Shown here: piece after piece, positions 1-15,018 of the stretch
Layout: every line of letters starts with the position of its first letter
Position numbering within the stretch: the first letter of the stretch is position 1
Assembly: GCA_009914755.4 (NCBI GenBank)
Contig: CP086569.2
Span: 2,176,001 to 2,240,000 of the forward strand
DNA from: the human T2T-CHM13v2.0 reference genome, Homo sapiens
Direction of reading: 5' to 3'
Length of the DNA stretch: 64,000 nt
The notes under the pieces: generated by a model
Database searches by the model: none
What the model saw: the letters and a program-made list of their open reading frames with translations, nothing else
What the model was told of the DNA's origin: nothing
Program-made: the position numbers and the translations under genes

Positions 1-233
1 CATGAAACTGTCTACAGAGGCAGAAATAACAGCTCTCTTCTTAGGCTGGACATTTAAGACATTCAGGGCAACGTACACCCCCACCCCCACCACACTGACC
101 CTCTGAACGCTCTGTTTTGGAAAACTGTTATTTTTGAAACAAAGTATCATTTAACCTAACATGGAATTAACATTCCCTTTATTCCAGTTCACAAATAATT
201 GTTTACAGGTTTCTAGGTTTAAATTGAGAATAT

Positions 234-793
234 GGGCTGGGCACAGTGGCGCTCTGTCTGTAATCCCAGCAGTTTGGGAGGCCCAGACTGGAGGATTGCT
301 GCAGGCCAGGGGTTCAAGACCAGCCTGGGCAACATGGTGAGATGCCATCTCTACAAAAAATTTAAAACATTAGCCAGGCGTGGTGGCTCACGCCTGTAAA
401 CCCAGCACTTTGGGGGACCCAGGTAGGAGGATTGCTTCGGCCCATGAGTTTCAGACCAGCCTGGGCAACGTAGCAAGACCCTATTGCTACACAAAAAAAT
501 TAAAACATTAGACAGGTGTGGTGGCTCACACCTGTAATCCCAACAGTTTGGGAGGCAAAGGAAGGAAGATCGCTTGAGCCCAGGAGTTCGAGACCAGCCT
601 GAGCAACATAGCAAGACCCCGTCTACAAAACTTTAAAACATTAGTCGGATGCAGTAGCTGGTGCCTGTAATGCCAGCACTTTGGGAGGCTGAGGCAGGAG
701 GACTGCTTGAGCCCAGGAGTTCGAGAGTAGCCTCGGCAACAGAGCAAGACTTCATCTCTACTTCCTATTACAAAAAATAATAATAATAATAAA
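234..793 (+). repeat. Tandem array of four ~135-bp Alu left-monomer (FLAM / AluJ-left-arm-like) units
   Basis: Four consecutive units (starts ~234, 374, 513, 645). Each reads GGCxGTGGTGGCTCACGCCTGTAATCCCAGCACTTTGGGAGGC...GAGGATTGCTTGAGCCCAGGAGTTCGAGACCAGCCTGGGCAACATAGCAAGACCC...TCTACAAAAAAATTAAAACATTAG. No right-arm sequence between units. Confidence 0.8.
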
Positions 794-1039
794 TTCTGAA
801 CCTGCAAATCTAGGAACAGAAGTTATCTGCATACACAAAACACAGTGGCGGTCATCACTGATGAGTTCAGACAGTGAACGAGTCCTGCAAAGTTGGAGAT
901 CTGTGACTCAGAGATGTTTACAAAGGCCAAGGAAACAAAGTTGCCACTTAACGGGCCTGCCCTCCCCACCAGACCTCCGTGGCTCCCCAGTGCCCGAGAA
1001 GCCGCCTCTGGGCCCCCTCTGGAGACGTCCTCCGGAGAA

Positions 1040-1900
1040 GGGCCCATCCTCACTTACCCTGGGGTGGGTAGGGGTCGAGGTCCCTGGGACGCCCGCTCCT
1101 CCCCTCCGGGGCCTGGCGGGGGCGCGCGGTCACTGGCCGACCGCAGGCGGCAGGCAGAGCCGCCTGATGTCTTGGGCGCGGGGCGTGCGAGCCCCCGGGT
1201 CCCCGGCCATGGCCCGGAGGTGTCAGGGTGCGCGGGGGGGCGGCTGCACGGGGGCTGCTTGGTTGGAGCCCGACCCGGGACAGGCGGGGAGGCCACACGC
1301 GCGGGGAGGGAAGGGTCGGGCCGGGTCGGGCCGGGCCAGGCGCGCAGAAGAGCCGGCGGGGACGGAAAGCGCGGGGCGGGGAGGTCCCAGGCGCGCACGC
1401 CGCCCCCCCCAACCCCCGGCCACACCTCGACCCCCGCCCAGCCCCACTTCCGGGAGCGCCACCGCCTCGCCAAGGTCACGCGGAGCCCCCGCGCCCCCGC
1501 CCCCGAGCCAGCCCGCGCCCACCCGGGTCCCCGGAGCCCTGACCCCTGCCCCGCCCCGCTGACCTGGCTCCAGGAAGCCCCCGCGGCAGCGCCGCAGCAG
1601 CTGCGCCAGGATCACCGCGGCGCCTACCGCGTAGACCCGCAGGGCCGCCCGCGCCGCAGACAATGGCGACATGGCTGCCCCGGCCGCGCCGCCGCCGCTT
1701 CCGCGCCGCCCGCGGGACTCTGCGCCCGCCCGCCCGGACGGACGGCGGAAACGCGCGCGCCCCGGACCGCCCCCTGCCCGCCCCGAACCGCCCCGGCCTG
1801 CGGGGAACCCCCAACCCCAGACCCCGCCCGGGCCCTCTGGGATCCCGCACCGCCTGCAGGACTGGGGACCCCGAGCGGACAACCGACCCCAGCCAGGACA
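1040..1900 (-). promoter_or_regulatory. CpG island spanning the TSS and exon 1 of the minus-strand gene (TATA-less, GC-box-rich promoter)
   Basis: Very high GC with dense non-depleted CpG. Multiple CCGCCC/GGGCGG (Sp1-type) boxes at 1680-1860, immediately 5' (minus-strand sense) of the ATG at 1672. Confidence 0.7.
1564..1672 (-). CDS. DHRSX: First coding exon of a short-chain dehydrogenase/reductase: Met1..Pro36 plus 1 nt (phase 1), ending at a splice donor CCAG|GTCAGC
   Basis: Minus-strand ATG (revcomp of CAT at 1670-1672) in a Kozak context gcagccATGt. Translation is MSPLSAARAALRVYAVGAAVILAQLLRRCRGGFLEP(G/V). It has N-terminal signal-anchor/presequence character and a GT donor after codon 36. 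It matches my recollection of the DHRSX N-terminus (MSPLSAARAALRVYAVGAAVILAQLLRRCRGGFLEPVFPP...), and the phase-1 G fits the next residue Val. In-frame read-through into the intron gives only Gly/Arg/Ala low-complexity sequence. Confidence 0.6.
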
Positions 1901-2700
1901 CCCCCCCCAGGACCACAGACTCCAGCCAGGAACCCCCCCCTGCAAGGACCATAGACTTCAGCCAGGACCCCCCGCCCCAGGACCACAGACCCCAGCCAGG
2001 ACGCCCCCAGGACCACTGACCCCAGTCAGGACCCCCCCTTCAGGACCACAGACCCCAGCAGGGACCCCCCACACACACCCCCAGCCAGGACCACAGACCC
2101 CAGCCAGGAATCCCCCCCAGGACCACAGACCCCAGCAGGGACCCTCCACACCTCCTCCAGGACCACAGACCCCAGCAGGGACCCTTCCCCCTCCCGGCAG
2201 GACTGCAGACCCCAGCAGGGATCCCCACCACCACAAGACCAACAGCCCCAGCCAGGACGCCCCCAGGACTACAGACCCCAGCCAGCACCCAAGTCAGATC
2301 CATAGACTCCTCCCAAGAACACCCCCCAGGACCCCAGACCCCTGCTGGGACCCCCAAGACCACAGGCCCCCCCACTGGGGCACGCCCAGACACCCCACCA
2401 AGAACCCCACCAGGACTACAGACCTCCACCAGGACTCCCCAGTACCACAGATCCTCCCAGGGCCCCCCAGGACCACAGACCTCCACTGGGACCCCCACCA
2501 CCAGGACCCCTCTCCAGGATCACAGACCCCTACTGGGGCCCCCTTCTAGGACCTCCACCTCCATCAGAACCACCCCCCGGACCACAGGCCCCAGCCAGCA
2601 CCCCACAAGACCACAGACCCCTGCCAGGACGCCCCCCAGGACTACAGACCCCAGCTGGACTGCCTCTCCAAGACCCCACACTCCAGCCAAGACCATGGAA
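1860..2700. repeat. GC-rich minisatellite (VNTR-type), ~30-45-bp units CAGGACCACAGACCCCAGCCAGGACCCCCC(n), ~25 copies, decaying into degenerate copies to ~3600
   Basis: Visible periodic GGACCACAGACCCCAGC(C)AGGA[AC]CCCCC units. They generate long Pro/Gln/Thr-rich and Gly/Val/Cys-rich pseudo-ORFs on both strands. Confidence 0.85.
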
Positions 2701-2950
2701 CCCCATTCAAGCCCCAGCCAGGACCCCCACCATGGGATCACAGATCCCCTACCCAGACCCTGCAGGGGACCAGGACCACCACGGGAACCACCCTCCCCAT
2801 CTTAGCCAGAATCATGTAACCCCACGCAGACCTCAGCAGGGACCACAAGGACTTGGACCCCATAGGGAACCCCAGACAACCACCCAGAGCCATGCCAGGA
2901 TTATGGACCAGGACTCCCACAGAGGACTCTGAACAGCTGTAAGGACCATG

Positions 2951-3100
2951 GACCCCACACCCTAATTCGTACTGACACCACAGAACCTGCCCCAAGCACG
3001 GACCCCACACCCCAGTTCCTGCTGACACCACAGAACCTGCCCCAAGCACGGACCCCACACCCCAGTTCCTACTGAGACCACAGACCCCACCCCAATTGCT
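2951..3100. repeat. 50-bp tandem repeat x3 (GACCCCACACCCCAGTTCCTGCTGACACCACAGAACCTGCCCCAAGCACG)
   Basis: 2951-3000 and 3001-3050 are nearly identical. The third unit, 3051-3100, has diverged. Confidence 0.85.
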
Positions 3101-3879
3101 GCCAGGCCACAGACACCACCCACCAAACCTACCCCTCCACTTCCCTGCCCCCAACAACCCTGCAGGGATCACAGACCCCCTTCCCGGCCCCTGCAGAGAA
3201 CTCCAGACTACTTCAGGGACCACGAGCCCCCTCCCCACCCTGATCCCTACTGGGACAGCAGACCCCTACTCAGACCTTGGTTGGGAACCCCAGACAACCA
3301 CAGAGTTACCTGGGCTCCCTCAGGGAACCCCAGACCAGCACAGAACCCCCACCCAGACCCTTACCAGGGCCAAGGCTGAAATCCCACATGGACCCCCCAG
3401 CAGACTCCTACTGGAATTCTTCATGGATCCCCCCACCCAGACACTCAGACCTTCACCCCACCACAACCCTCCCAGTCCCACACCTGGTCCCCCAGGGGAC
3501 CCCAGACCTGGCATCCGGGACTCCACACAGATCCTAACACCCGCTGTGTTTGGGAGACAGGAGCCTGGGAGAGCTGCGGTGACACCATTTTAATCATCAA
3601 CTCCATCTTAAAAACCAGGAAGACACATTCCTTGCCGGTCACGGCCCATGGTCATAAGATGTTTACGGCTGAAGAAATGACTTAATAATGCCTCCAAGGA
3701 CAAACACAGACGACAGCGGAATGTCTGGATGTCGCCATATCGCGTAACCACATATGCTGTTAAAGATAATTACAGTCATGCTTTGACGTGCTTGGGCGCG
3801 AAAATGCAAAGGATGGCTCTCTCTAAATCAACTAAGGAATAAATGTCACGCCGTCAGACATAACCTAGCTTTTACATAG

Positions 3880-4282
<403 letters not shown>

Positions 4283-5049
4283 TAGTTTCTAATAAACTAA
4301 AACTTCCCTGTACTCTTATGACTTACCTTGAATTACTTCTTGAGCAATATCCAAGAACCCACTCTTGGGGGCTAGATCGGGACCCCTCTCCTGCAACACT
4401 GGGACCCTAAATCACCAACCCTATCATCCCCAGGACCCAGACCTCCACCTTCACTCTAGGTCTGCACCCTCATACACGTGCCGATGGGCACCCCCCAGCC
4501 CCTGCCGAGGTCCAGGAGTGAGAATCTCCACCAGCAAGTCACCTGACCCTAGCCAGGAACTCTATCCCTGCTGGGAGCCAGAACCCCACACTCCACATCT
4601 CACTGGGACCCTGGCACCTTGCAGGGCCACAACCTATCTGGAACTTTGGCCCCCATTGGGATGCATCCCCACTCCCATAGGAATTGAACCCTCCAGGCCT
4701 CACTCCCCACAGAACCTCAACAGGCACTAAGGGGCACCCCCAGTGTGCAGGTTGCACCCAGCCAATCTGTATGATTGGAATACAGAGACCTACCCGGCGA
4801 CCTCAGGTGTGGCCAGGTGTGCTCAGGTGTGGCCAGGTGACCAAGCTGGATTAAGAAGGGTCTTTGTGGCCTTTGCAACCCTCTGTCCTACAGATGAGGA
4901 AACTGAGGCCAGGAAGACCAAGGGATGGGGCTGTCCCATTTGGCCAAGTGTGCCAGGTATCTTCACATGTGCCCAAGTATGCTCAGGTGTCGCCAGGTAT
5001 GCTCAGGTGTGGTTCAGTAACCAGGTTGGATTAAGAAGGCTCCTTGTGG

Positions 5050-5198
5050 GCCAGGTGCAGCGCCTCACGCGCACAATCCCAGCACTTTGGGAGGCTGAGA
5101 AGGGTGGATTGCTTGAGCCCAGGCGTTCGAGACCTGCCTGGGCAACATAACAAAACCTGTCTTTATTATTTTTATATAAAAAAATTAAATTAAAAAAG
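5050..5198 (+). mobile_element. Alu left-monomer fragment (FLAM-like) with A-rich tail
   Basis: CCAGGTGCAGCGCCTCACGCGCACAATCCCAGCACTTTGGGAGGCTGAGAAGGGTGGATTGCTTGAGCCCAGGCGTTCGAGACCTGCCTGGGCAACATAACAAAACC. Confidence 0.8.
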
Positions 5199-5204
5199 AG
5201 GGCT

Positions 5205-5502
<298 letters not shown>

Positions 5503-6326
5503 GTTATTCCAGCCTTTGCAACCTTCTGTCCTACAGATGAGAAAACTGAAGCTTTCTCGTTTGGCCATGTGTCCAGATATCCTGAGGCGTGCCTAGGTAT
5601 CCTCAGGTGTGACCAGGTATGCCTAGGTGTGGCCAGGGCACCCAGACAGAAGCATTGGGAAAATCCACAGTCACCCCTGTCCCCACCTTAAAGTTTTCCC
5701 AGGAGAGCTGCCGTTGCATGGGGTGTGAAACCGTGACCCCACTGCCAAATTCAGAAGGACCAAGGATTCCACCAGGAGCAGCAGGGGAGTGGGCTTATTG
5801 TAGCCCGACATGCTCCTCCCTTTGGGGACTTCTGGTAGTTATCTAAAAGGATGTTTGTGAGCAAAAGGATAGTGACGTCTAGAGCCATGAATTGGGGGGC
5901 TAAAAGCAGAATGCATCACCTGGTGCTTCCAGCAATGGTTTGGGAGACACCCCTACCTTCCCCACAACCCACTTATCTTCTCAGAGGCTCATTTCATCAT
6001 CTGTCATATATTGACTTTGATTTCCATGTGAATGTTTTTAGCCACTGCTGTAATAAATGGCCACGAATGTAGCAGCTTTAAACAACACAAAGTTATTATC
6101 TCAAGTCTGCAGGTAAGATGTCCCAAAAACGGGCTCAACCGGGTCACTTGCTCAAGGTCACTGATATGGTTTCGCTGTGTCCCCTCCCAAATCTCATCTT
6201 GAATTGTAGCTCCCATAATTCTCATGTGTTGTGGGAGGGACCCAGTGGGAGATAACTGAGTCATGGGGGCGGTTTCTCGCACACTGTTCTCATGGCAGTG
6301 AATAAGTCTCATGAGATCTGATGGGG

Positions 6327-7061
<735 letters not shown>

Positions 7062-7540
7062 TAAATTACCCAGTCTCAGGTATGTCTTTATCAGCAGCGT
7101 GAAAATGGACTAATACAGTCACAAAAGGTCAAAATGATGATGTCTACCCCCTGGGCTCTTCGCAGGAGGCCCTGGAAAGAATTGGTTTGCAAGCTTATTC
7201 CCATTTTTAGAAAATTCAGTCTCTTGTTGTCATGGGACTGAAGTCATCCTTTCCTCACTGATTGTCATAGAAGGGGTGTGGGGAGCACAACCCTGAGCTC
7301 TTAGAGTCCTCTCTCTGGTCCTTGAAAGTGTCTGCTCCATCTGTAAGCCAGCTCTGCTTCATCTTGAAACCAGCAGGGGCCACTTAGAGTCCAGTTCACC
7401 ATTAGAATCTCACTGACTTTGTGTGCCATGTCCCTCACCTTCTCTCCTCCCTCCAGCCAGAGAAAGTTCTGTTCTTTCAAGGGCTCCCATGTGATCAGAT
7501 AGGGCCCACCAAGGAAATCCAGCATACTCTTCCTATTTAA

Positions 7541-7840
7541 AGGTTCACGCCTGTCATCTCAGCACTTTGGGAGGCCGAGGCAGGCAGATCACCTGAGGCC
7601 AAGAGTTCGAGACCAGCCTGGCCAACATGGTGAAACCATGTCTCTACTAATAATACAAAAATCGGCTGGGCGTGGTGGTGGGTGCCTGTAATCCCAACTA
7701 CTCGGGAGGCTGAGGCAGGAGAATCACTTGAACATGGGAGGCGGAGGTTGCAGTGAGCCAAGCTGGAGCCACTGCACTTCAGCCTGGACAACAGAGCAAG
7801 AGTCCATCTCAAATAAATAAATAAATAAATAAATAAATAG
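7541..7840 (+). mobile_element. Alu SINE with (AAAT)n tail
   Basis: GGTTCACGCCTGTCATCTCAGCACTTTGGGAGGCCGAGGCAGGCAGATCACCTGAGG...GCAGTGAGCCAAGCTGGAGCCACTGCACTTCAGCCTGG, then (AAAT)8. Confidence 0.9.
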
Positions 7841-8356
7841 TTTATAACCTCAATTGCACCTGCAGTGTTCCTTGGTGCCATATATGACATTACCATAGTG
7901 ACAGGTTCCGGGAGATTCAGGTGTGGAAGACTTTGGGAAGGACAGGAGATTATTCAGCCTACAGTAGCGTGGTTTACAAATTCCTGTCTATTTCAGGATT
8001 TCATAAGCAGGTTTGAAATTGCATTCACCTAAACCGGAACAGGCCAGGACAGCAGGGGCAGGAGATGCTCCCTGGAGGAGCTTACATGAAGGACACCCCT
8101 ACTGGAAGAGAGAGAAGGATATTGCAGGGTGGGGGCCCTGTCCTTAGGACTTCTGGTTGACCCAGGGCCAACTTCCCCATCACGCATCCTAAGCTGAGTG
8201 TGAGGATCTCATGAAACTCTTCAGGGTCCATAACAATGCTTTAAGTTAATGTGTCTCAAATCAGAAAAAATATATATAATAATGAATATAAATCATGCAC
8301 ACAGTCCAGAAAATATGTCTTTTTATCAACACAGTTGTAAGATTTATGAGGTCATA

Positions 8357-8939
<583 letters not shown>

Positions 8940-9435
8940 ATATTTTTTAGTGGAAGAGGCAAAGATGGCCACAGTGTGGCCCTTCAGGGGGCCTGATCCG
9001 AAAACATCACCGTGGGCTGGGGTGGTCTGTTCCTGTCAGCCCCTGGTCATGCAGGAGGGCTTCAGTGATGTTAGCCACATTCTAAACAGAAACAGCTTGA
9101 GGTTTCTCCAGGGAATCTTGTTCTGTTAAATAGCACCTGTGGGGTCAAAGTTCAGCCCACTAGCAACAATTCCTGATAGCGCAGTGCCTCCCTCCCGTGA
9201 GATTCTCCTTGAAATTTAGCAGCCTGGAAAGCAACCTTCCTGGTTGTAAGATATGTGGGCCAGTCTCCCTGTGCGTGGGGACACAGCCTCTGTATCTCTC
9301 TCCTATTCCTGGTGCTAATTCTCTCGTGCACATAGTAGAATCCCAGTAAATAACCATGTAATTCATTAGTAATAATATAATAGACTATTGTAATCCATTT
9401 TGATGTCCCAATTGACCTTAGCTGTGATTCATGTT

Positions 9436-9892
<457 letters not shown>

Positions 9893-9907
9893 TAAAAAAA
9901 ATTTTTT

Positions 9908-10198
9908 TTGCTGTAATCCCAGCAGTTTGTCAGGCTGAGGCGAGTGGATCACTTGAGGAATTCGAGACGAGCCTGGCCAACATGGTGAAAACCCGTCTCT
10001 ACTAAAAATACAAAAATTAGTCGGGCGTGGTGGCATGCACCTGTAGTCCCAGCTACTGAGGAGGCTGAGGCAAAAGAATCACTTGAACTAGGGAGGTCGG
10101 GAGGTGGAGGTTGCAGTGAGCTGAGATCGTGCCACTGCACTCCAGCCTGGGCGACAGAGCAAGTCTCCAACTAAAAAAAAAAAAAAAAAAAAAAAAAT
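9908..10198 (+). mobile_element. Alu SINE, 5'-truncated, A25 tail
   Basis: GCTGTAATCCCAGCAGTTTGTCAGGCTGAGGCGAGTGGATCACTTGAGGAATTCGAGACGAGCCTGGCCAACATGGTGAAAACCCGTCTCTACTAAAAATACAAAAATTAGTCGGGCGTGGTGG... Confidence 0.9.
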
Positions 10199-10199
10199 T

Positions 10200-10316
10200 T
10201 ATAGAGATGGAGTCTCACCATGTTGCCCAGGCAGGTCTCAAAGTCCTGGCCTCAAGGATCCTCCCTCCTTGGTTTCCCAGACTACTGGAATTACAGGCAT
10301 GAGCGACCACACCTGG
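10200..10316 (-). mobile_element. Alu left-arm fragment (reverse)
   Basis: TTTATAGAGATGGAGTCTCACCATGTTGCCCAGGCAGGTCTCAAAGTCCTGGCCTCAAGGATCCTCCCTCC...ATTACAGGCATGAGCGACCACACCTGG. Confidence 0.8.
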
Positions 10317-10438
10317 TCTCATGTTTTATTTTGTGTTTCAGTGTTTAATTCCTCAAAGTCATGGGCCCTGTGGCTGAGCACTGGTACATGCCTAGGCAGA
10401 GGTTATCCCCAGAGTAAACTCTCATAAAGAGGTATTCT

Positions 10439-10757
<319 letters not shown>

Positions 10758-10939
10758 TTAGTGGATGGTTTCCGTGGAGTTCGGGATACAATGTCTGGGA
10801 AGTGCTGAAAGATACTGAGCTGAATTATCCGCCATCCGCTTTATATAATGCTTCACATTATCAGACTCCTCACACCTTAATGATCCCTGAGCACATCTTT
10901 GAATATCATTGTGAAAAATCCCCAGAATTCATAGGGTAA

Positions 10940-11345
<406 letters not shown>

Positions 11346-11586
11346 CTCAATGCTTTTTTTATCAAAAAATTCTAAATTATTTGGGCAACTTTTTGACAAT
11401 AAGGATGTTCTACAATACATGCCTGTGATACTTTATATTTTTAGAGTGCCAAGTATCAAATCTGTTTCCATCACAAATAATATCCACCAGCTGGAATGTG
11501 TGGAGACAGCATTGCTCTGTTAAGTTCCATTAAAGGTGTTATTAGCATCTATATTAATCTGGGTTCTCCAGAGAAACAGTACCAAT

Positions 11587-12141
<555 letters not shown>

Positions 12142-13425
12142 CTGGGCAGTATGTGCAACAAAGGTATGGCTCATCTGTTTGGCCGCTGCGTGCTCAAACC
12201 CCTTACAGGATGGAGAGCACGCAGACGGACAGATGCAGAAGCCGGGGCAAACACTTTGGGGATCTGGCCCCATGGTAGCATGAAGGGCTGGGTGCCTGCA
12301 ACTCCTGAAGCCCAAGTTGTTGTGTGTTACAGTGCATTCTTTTGGCTTTGCTGTCCGCAGACAACTTGAGTGTTTGCTCTCTGTGGACAGCTTGTGCCTC
12401 CTTGGTGGCCAAGTCCTTGTCAGTGTCCTGGAAGAATCAGGTCACCCATGGACTTGAAGGATGATGAATGCAGGGGTTTTATTGAGTGGTGGAGGTGGCT
12501 CTCAGCTGGATGGATGGGGAGCTGGAAAGGGAATGGAGTGGGAAGATGGTCTTCCCCTGGAGTTTGGCCGTCCAGCAGCCGATCTCTCCAACCGTCCCCA
12601 GCTAAACTCCTCTCAGCATTCAGACACTCCTTCTCTTCTTTCTGCCAATCTTTTGCTCTTCGGTTCGTCTCCTCCTGGAGCCAGGGGTTTGGGATTTATA
12701 TGGGTACAGGATGGGGGGAGTGGGGGGCCAAAAGGCAACGTTTGGGTGTGAATACAGGCATGCCTGTTCTCATTTCAGGCTGTGGGTTTCCAGGCGTGAG
12801 GGTGGGGCCTTTGCTGGGGAACCACCCTCTTCTACCCAGTATTTCCCTGTCTCCTGCCTGTATCACCTTCAGGGTGATCATTTCCTCATGCCTTGGGGGC
12901 AAGCCTGACAGCTCATTGTTGGGATTGATGCTATGGTCATTAGTATGTTTATTATTATTTTTAATCAGTATCACAATTGCATCTCTCGAGCCCACAAAGC
13001 TTTGATGGGCACAGAACTATGATTTTCATCCACAAGGACATGAAAGCATCAAGGAACTGCTATTTCAGGGCAGAGGTTTATTTTCACTTTGGTTTTGTTT
13101 ACAAGGAGTTTTAGAGATTGGAGTTTCCAGGAATACAAATCACAGGTTTCCATCTATGAGAACGATATGCAGAGACAACCCCCTGCCCAGTCTGGCAGGT
13201 GTGTTCCCAGACCGAACCGAGTGTCAGACCGCTTATTGTCATGGCCCCATAATGAGACGCAGATGAATTGGGAAAGAACAGAGTTTATTTCTGTAACTGG
13301 GTACAGGGAGAAGGCTGGGAAAATATCGCCAGACCAACTCCAAATTACAAAATTTTCCAGACCTTATGTATCTTCTAAAATATATGTCTACATATAAGTG
13401 TGTATCCATCTAAAGACATAAGTGA

Positions 13426-13732
<307 letters not shown>

Positions 13733-14261
13733 GACATAAGTGATTCACTTCTTCTAATCTGTAACTAAGGTCTGAGTCCTGAAGACCTTCCTCTGGAGCC
13801 TCAGTAAATTGACTTAATCTAGATGGTTCCAGGTGCTGGGGTGATTACCCTTATCTTGTCTCCTGCTAAATCATGGAGGTTTGGGGAGTTCCTTTAGACC
13901 CCCAATAAAACTTGTTTGTGGAGGCCTGCAGAGTTCCTTCAGAACCCCAGTAAAACTTGTTTAATCTGAAACAGGTCCTGTTAAGAATTCCTTCGTTATC
14001 TTTTCATGCTTTAAGGCCCAGGAAAGCCCCGGGCAAAACTCTTGGTGGGCTTTTGTTACATTCCAGCCTTTGTATAAGGGCACTGGTTGTTTCAGCTTTT
14101 AATATGTAACTCCACTGGTCAGTGAGTGCTGAAACGGTTGCCACGGAGGCCTGCCTGTTCAGCTGTTAGTGAGACCTGGCCTGCCACAGGTGGGTCTGAT
14201 GAAACTTTCCAGCCCCTGTCCTGAAATTTGACTTTAGAGAAGTTGCATACCAGTTCAGTTT

Positions 14262-14588
14262 CTTGTTTGTTTGTTTGTTTGTTTTGACACGGAGTCTCAC
14301 TCTGTTGCCCAGGCTGGAGGGCAGTAGTACAATCTTGGCTCACTAGAGTGCAGTAGTACAATCTTGGCTCATCTGCCTCCCGGGTTCAAGCAATACTCCT
14401 GCCTCAGCATCCTGAGTAGCTAGGATTACAGGCACACACCACCACGCCCAGCTAATTTTTGTATTTTTAGTAGAGACAGGGTTTCACCATGTTGGCCAAG
14501 CTGGTCTCAAACTCCTGACCTCAAGTAATCTGCCCATCTCGGCCTCCCAAAGTGCTGGAATTACAGGCATGAACCACCACACCCGGCC
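14262..14588 (-). mobile_element. Alu SINE, reverse orientation, with internal 23-bp duplication
   Basis: (GTTT)n tail, then GACACGGAGTCTCACTCTGTTGCCCAGGCTGGAGGGCAGTAGTACAATCTTGGCTCACTAGAGTGCAGTAGTACAATCTTGGCTCA... TSD CAGTTCAGTTTCTT. Confidence 0.9.
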
Positions 14589-14730
14589 CCAGCTCAGTTT
14601 CTTAAGGACTCTGTAACAAGGGAGGGAGAACATCGCCAATTTGGGGCATTCCTTCTGATGCTGAAGGTGCATGATTCTTGCTGTTTCTAACTCTGAGTTC
14701 CAGAGGTGGTTTTTTCAGAAGCAGAGCCTC

Positions 14731-15018
14731 AGCTGGGCACGGTGGCTCACACCCATAATCCCAGCACTTTGGGAGGCCGAGGCAAGAGGATCACTTGAGG
14801 CCAGGAGTTCAAGACCGGCTTGAGCAACAGAGCGAAGCCTCATGTCTACTGAAAATTAAAAAAAAAAAAAAAAAAAAATGAGCTGGCTGTGGTGGCCTGC
14901 ACCTGTGGTCCCAGCTACTTGGGATGCTGAGGTGGGAGGATGGCTTGAGCTGTGATGGTACTATTGCAGCCTGGACAACAAAGCAAAACCCTGTCTCAGA
15001 CACACACACACACAAAAG
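14731..15018 (+). mobile_element. Alu SINE (AluJ-like) with expanded A-rich middle linker
   Basis: AGCTGGGCACGGTGGCTCACACCCATAATCCCAGCACTTTGGGAGGCCGAGGCAAGAGGATCACTTGAGGCCAGGAGTTCAAGACC...A25...TGAGCTGGCTGTGGTGGCCTGCACCTGTGGTCCCAGCTACTTGGGATGCTGAGG. Confidence 0.85.

Noticed and set aside
861-2549. Many long overlapping ORFs on both strands (861-1562, 893-1954, 1223-1945, 1476-1952, 1624-2016, 1671-2549, ...), up to 353 aa
   Set aside because: They lie in a CpG island and a GC-rich minisatellite, where stop codons are rare by composition. The translations are Pro/Arg/Gly/Ala low-complexity sequence and are open simultaneously on both strands. Only the 36-codon stretch from the ATG at 1672 to the donor at 1564 has gene-like features.
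12370-13005. 211-aa ORF in non-repetitive sequence
   Set aside because: No Kozak context or splice signals, and no recognisable domain. The translation is Trp/Gly/Ser-rich and reads like random translation. A 600-nt open frame occurs by chance at this GC content in 64 kb x 6 frames. It is not supported as a gene.
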